A DNA stretch of 64,000 nt from Barthelona sp. PCE (lineage: Eukaryota): NCBI GenBank assembly GCA_040285745.1, contig JAUFOR010000003.1, forward strand, positions 744,001 through 808,000, written 5' to 3'. Shown here piece after piece: positions 61,389 to 64,000 of this stretch. Positions within the stretch are counted from its first letter, which is position 1. Every line of letters starts with the position of its first letter. The position numbers and the translations under genes are program-made. The notes beneath the pieces were generated by a model. It saw only the letters and a list, made by a program, of their open reading frames with translations, did no database searches and was not told the origin of the DNA.

Positions 61389-61777
61389 GATAAGGTATGA
61401 AAATAAAATAAAAGTTTTGGCATTTCTTTTTACTTAGGTGCAGTTGCATGTCGGCTCAATAGACTTCATATCACATGTAGAACCAGATAATTTAATCAAA
61501 TAAAACGATAAGTTAAACCAGGGTAAAGGCAGTTAATGACCATGGTTTTTATCACCTTTGTCTTGTGAGTAGGGTACAAAAATCAACGCAAAGGAGCAAA
61601 ACAATACAAATAAGCCCGCAATATCATTTATGAGCAAGGAAAAAAACATTGTGCATTAAGTCCCAATGTATACAACTGAAAATAGACTTAAGCATATGCA
61701 AATACGTAGCAACGAGCCCCTCCCAATCACATTATATGTACATTTCGTTAAAGGAAAGAATACCTTAAACACAATAT

Positions 61778-63382
61778 ATGTCAGCACAGAAGGTTCTTTT
61801 CGCAGAGTACATTCCATCTCTCAGCCCCAAGAATTCACTAGGGGGTCTGTTAGTGATTTTCAGCGATGGGGAAGTCAGTTGGATTCCTGACAATACACTT
61901 TTTGGGCGCAATTACGTTAACTGTCAGAAGATATCGAACCCAAACGCAAAAGGAACACACCCTCTAATTGCACTTTGGCATCCAGCAAATGGTTACGATG
62001 TCTATTCTTCTTACATTGCGGATTTGACATCTAGGCATTATTCATTTGCAAAGATTGATTTCCCGCGGACCAAGGACGATAGGAACATTGTCCCACCGCG
62101 CAAAATAGCTCTTTCCCCAAACAAACAGTATTTGCTAATTCTCGGCGTCAACAATGAGGATGAATCCACACTCTTAAATGTATACAACATCCAGTCAACC
62201 TCTTCACAGATCGAGCTCATCATAGTTTTTAGTGATTTCGGAGAACTGTATAGAGATGTGTGTTTTTTTCCCAATTCACGTGGAATCGCATGTATAACTC
62301 AGGTCATGCCTAATTGTATCACGCTCATCAACATCGTGGAGAACAACACATCTGTGATACCGAGGCCGTTCACTATGTCGACGTTGGGTCCAGCAAGAGA
62401 TGTTAACGGTAAGAACCTCGTGTTTGATGGTATCGAAGTCAACCCAGTTCTGAGTGACCTGTATCCACATGGAATTCACTACGTGACATGGTCTAACCAG
62501 AGGAGCAAGGGTGACGTCGTTGCATGGTGTGTGTATCGATGTGAGTTGACAACAAAGCTCAAGGAATCCAAAGATGATTTCTTTAATTACAGCCCGGACG
62601 AGGAAGGCAACCTACCGCAGCTCTTTTACCATTACAGGTATCAGCCCTTTCAACTGGAACTCACATCGTCCTGTTACGTTCACAAGATGATGTTTTCCAC
62701 CCAAAGTGGACTGGGTTCCTTTAAGGTATTTGGTGTACTGCAGAGGAGGAACGACGGTATCAGGGTGTTTAACGTGGACCTACACCACGAAAGTCCATGT
62801 AAGTTGAGTTTCATATCATTCCCCACAAGACCGACAAACATTCTCTTTACCAGCTTCCAACAAACATTTGTGTTAGGCAATTTCCCGAGCTTCCAGATTG
62901 CGTTCAAGGACCTGGGTATCTTTGAGATTGCTAATGATTTTGTTTTTGAGTTCAAGCACAGTATCCCTTTCTTTTTAGGGTTAGGTAAGTATAAGAGGCT
63001 GTATATAGACAACGACCGACGATTACACATAATGTTTGTTGACCCAGAAGACTACTCAGACGAGTCAAAGGACTTGTACAGTCATTTCCTTGATGAAAAG
63101 GACTTGAACCGACAACAGAGAGTGTTGAGTGTTGGTTACGCTCCATGGGGAGAGTCTGAGCTGGACGATATCAAGACGATGACAATGTCCAGGGTCGTTG
63201 TTGCTGAGAGGATTGAAGGTTTACATTTGTTTAGATGTCAGTATTGTGGCAAAACAATGATAAAGCCTTTAAGGTGCAAGACATGCAAGAAAGTGGCATA
63301 CTGCAGTGACCAGTGTCACAAAGCGCACTGGAGCATCCACCAGAACCAGTGTTTACTAATGTCTAAGCGAACCAAAGAGTAA
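61778..63382 (+). CDS. Protein with beta-rich (propeller-like) body and C-terminal MYND zinc finger
   Basis: CQYC..RCKTCKKVAYCSDQCHKAHWSIHQNQC; IALSPNKQYLLI and VCFFPNSRGIA resemble propeller blades. Confidence 0.85.
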   Translation: MSAQKVLFAEYIPSLSPKNSLGGLLVIFSDGEVSWIPDNTLFGRNYVNCQKISNPNAKGTHPLIALWHPANGYDVYSSYIADLTSRHYSFAKIDFPRTKDDRNIVPPRKIALSPNKQYLLILGVNNEDESTLLNVYNIQSTSSQIELIIVFSDFGELYRDVCFFPNSRGIACITQVMPNCITLINIVENNTSVIPRPFTMSTLGPARDVNGKNLVFDGIEVNPVLSDLYPHGIHYVTWSNQRSKGDVVAWCVYRCELTTKLKESKDDFFNYSPDEEGNLPQLFYHYRYQPFQLELTSSCYVHKMMFSTQSGLGSFKVFGVLQRRNDGIRVFNVDLHHESPCKLSFISFPTRPTNILFTSFQQTFVLGNFPSFQIAFKDLGIFEIANDFVFEFKHSIPFFLGLGKYKRLYIDNDRRLHIMFVDPEDYSDESKDLYSHFLDEKDLNRQQRVLSVGYAPWGESELDDIKTMTMSRVVVAERIEGLHLFRCQYCGKTMIKPLRCKTCKKVAYCSDQCHKAHWSIHQNQCLLMSKRTKE

Positions 63383-63568
63383 ATTTTCACAATTATTTGT
63401 TTTTTGTAATTGTTTACTTTCAATTCCTTTAGCAGCATGTGTTGTGGATAGAACAACAATAAAGCGTTGATTTTTCTTCTTCTGACAGTAGCTTCACAAA
63501 GATGTTGACTGTTTTCTTTTTTCACACACTTTTACAGTCGTTTCCGTTTGGTAAACACACGCACACAT

Positions 63569-64000
63569 ATGGGTAATATACTATCACTGTTTAAGAGGTT
63601 TAGAAATCGAGTTCCACCACGAATTCTTATTGTAGGTCTTGCAGCAGCAGGAAAAACGACTATTTTGCATCGGTTAGCGGACGGCGAGTTCGTTGAAAAC
63701 ACAATGCCTACAATTGGATTTAACCACGAGTTTATTAAAGATGAGGAAACGGGATCAACATTCACAGCTTTTGACTTGAGCGGTCAGACAGGGTTCAGGC
63801 ATCATTGGGGCGCATACTCCGAAAACACATCGGGAATAATATTTGTTGTGGATAGTACGGATATTGAGACGTTGAACTTAGCACGTGATGAGTTATGGAA
63901 TTTATTAAACTTGGAAGAGCTTAGTGACTGTGTTTTTGTGGTCTTTGCAAATAAGACGGACCTTCCAGATTGTATGGGAGCAAGTGATATATCTCAGCGG
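63569..64000 (+). CDS. ARF-like small GTPase (runs off window end)
   Basis: Manual translation: MGNILS (myristoylation), [38 protein letters not shown]. Confidence 0.93.
   Translation, partial: MGNILSLFKRFRNRVPPRILIVGLAAAGKTTILHRLADGEFVENTMPTIGFNHEFIKDEETGSTFTAFDLSGQTGFRHHWGAYSENTSGIIFVVDSTDIETLNLARDELWNLLNLEELSDCVFVVFANKTDLPDCMGASDISQR

Noticed and set aside
61507-61553. GCCTTTAC on the minus strand resembling U5 loop I
   Set aside because: One U short of GCCUUUUAC and not centred in the hairpin loop.
1-64000. Alternative genetic code or stop readthrough explaining broken ORFs
   Set aside because: All breaks in recognisable genes are resolved by GT-AG introns, and TAA, TAG and TGA all terminate conserved proteins at the expected positions.

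Overview
Gene-dense eukaryotic DNA with no prokaryote-style operons, from a flagellated protist with a compact genome. About 47 protein-coding genes lie in 64 kb, with tiny spacers and some overlapping stop codons. Five short introns (36-43 nt) could be reconstructed by hand. All five have a branch point fused to the 3' splice site (GTAT.. ..NCTMAYAYYTAG), and WGTAAA recurs at or just after many stop codons. Both traits resemble Giardia/Trichomonas signals, which suggests a metamonad; this is inference, not proof. Most genes are housekeeping (CAP-G, RPP30, POLA2, STT3, RPC40, eIF3g, eIF1A, fibrillarin, MCM6, V-ATPase c, AP-4 sigma, Rab32, DnaJA) or axonemal (FAM161, CFAP251, ZMYND12, DRC12). 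The most unusual items are a bacterial ComEC/Rec2-type metallo-beta-lactamase-fold gene, two apparently catalytically dead intramembrane protease homologues (SPP/presenilin clan and APH-1/PrsW clan), several stand-alone modules (VIP1 kinase only, LARP1 DM15 only, DOCK C2 without GEF), a Trl1-like kinase, and a GC-rich multi-hairpin candidate ncRNA lying between two poly(A) signals. No rRNA, tRNA, transposon or CRISPR array was recognised. All family calls come from motif recognition by eye; no searches were run.
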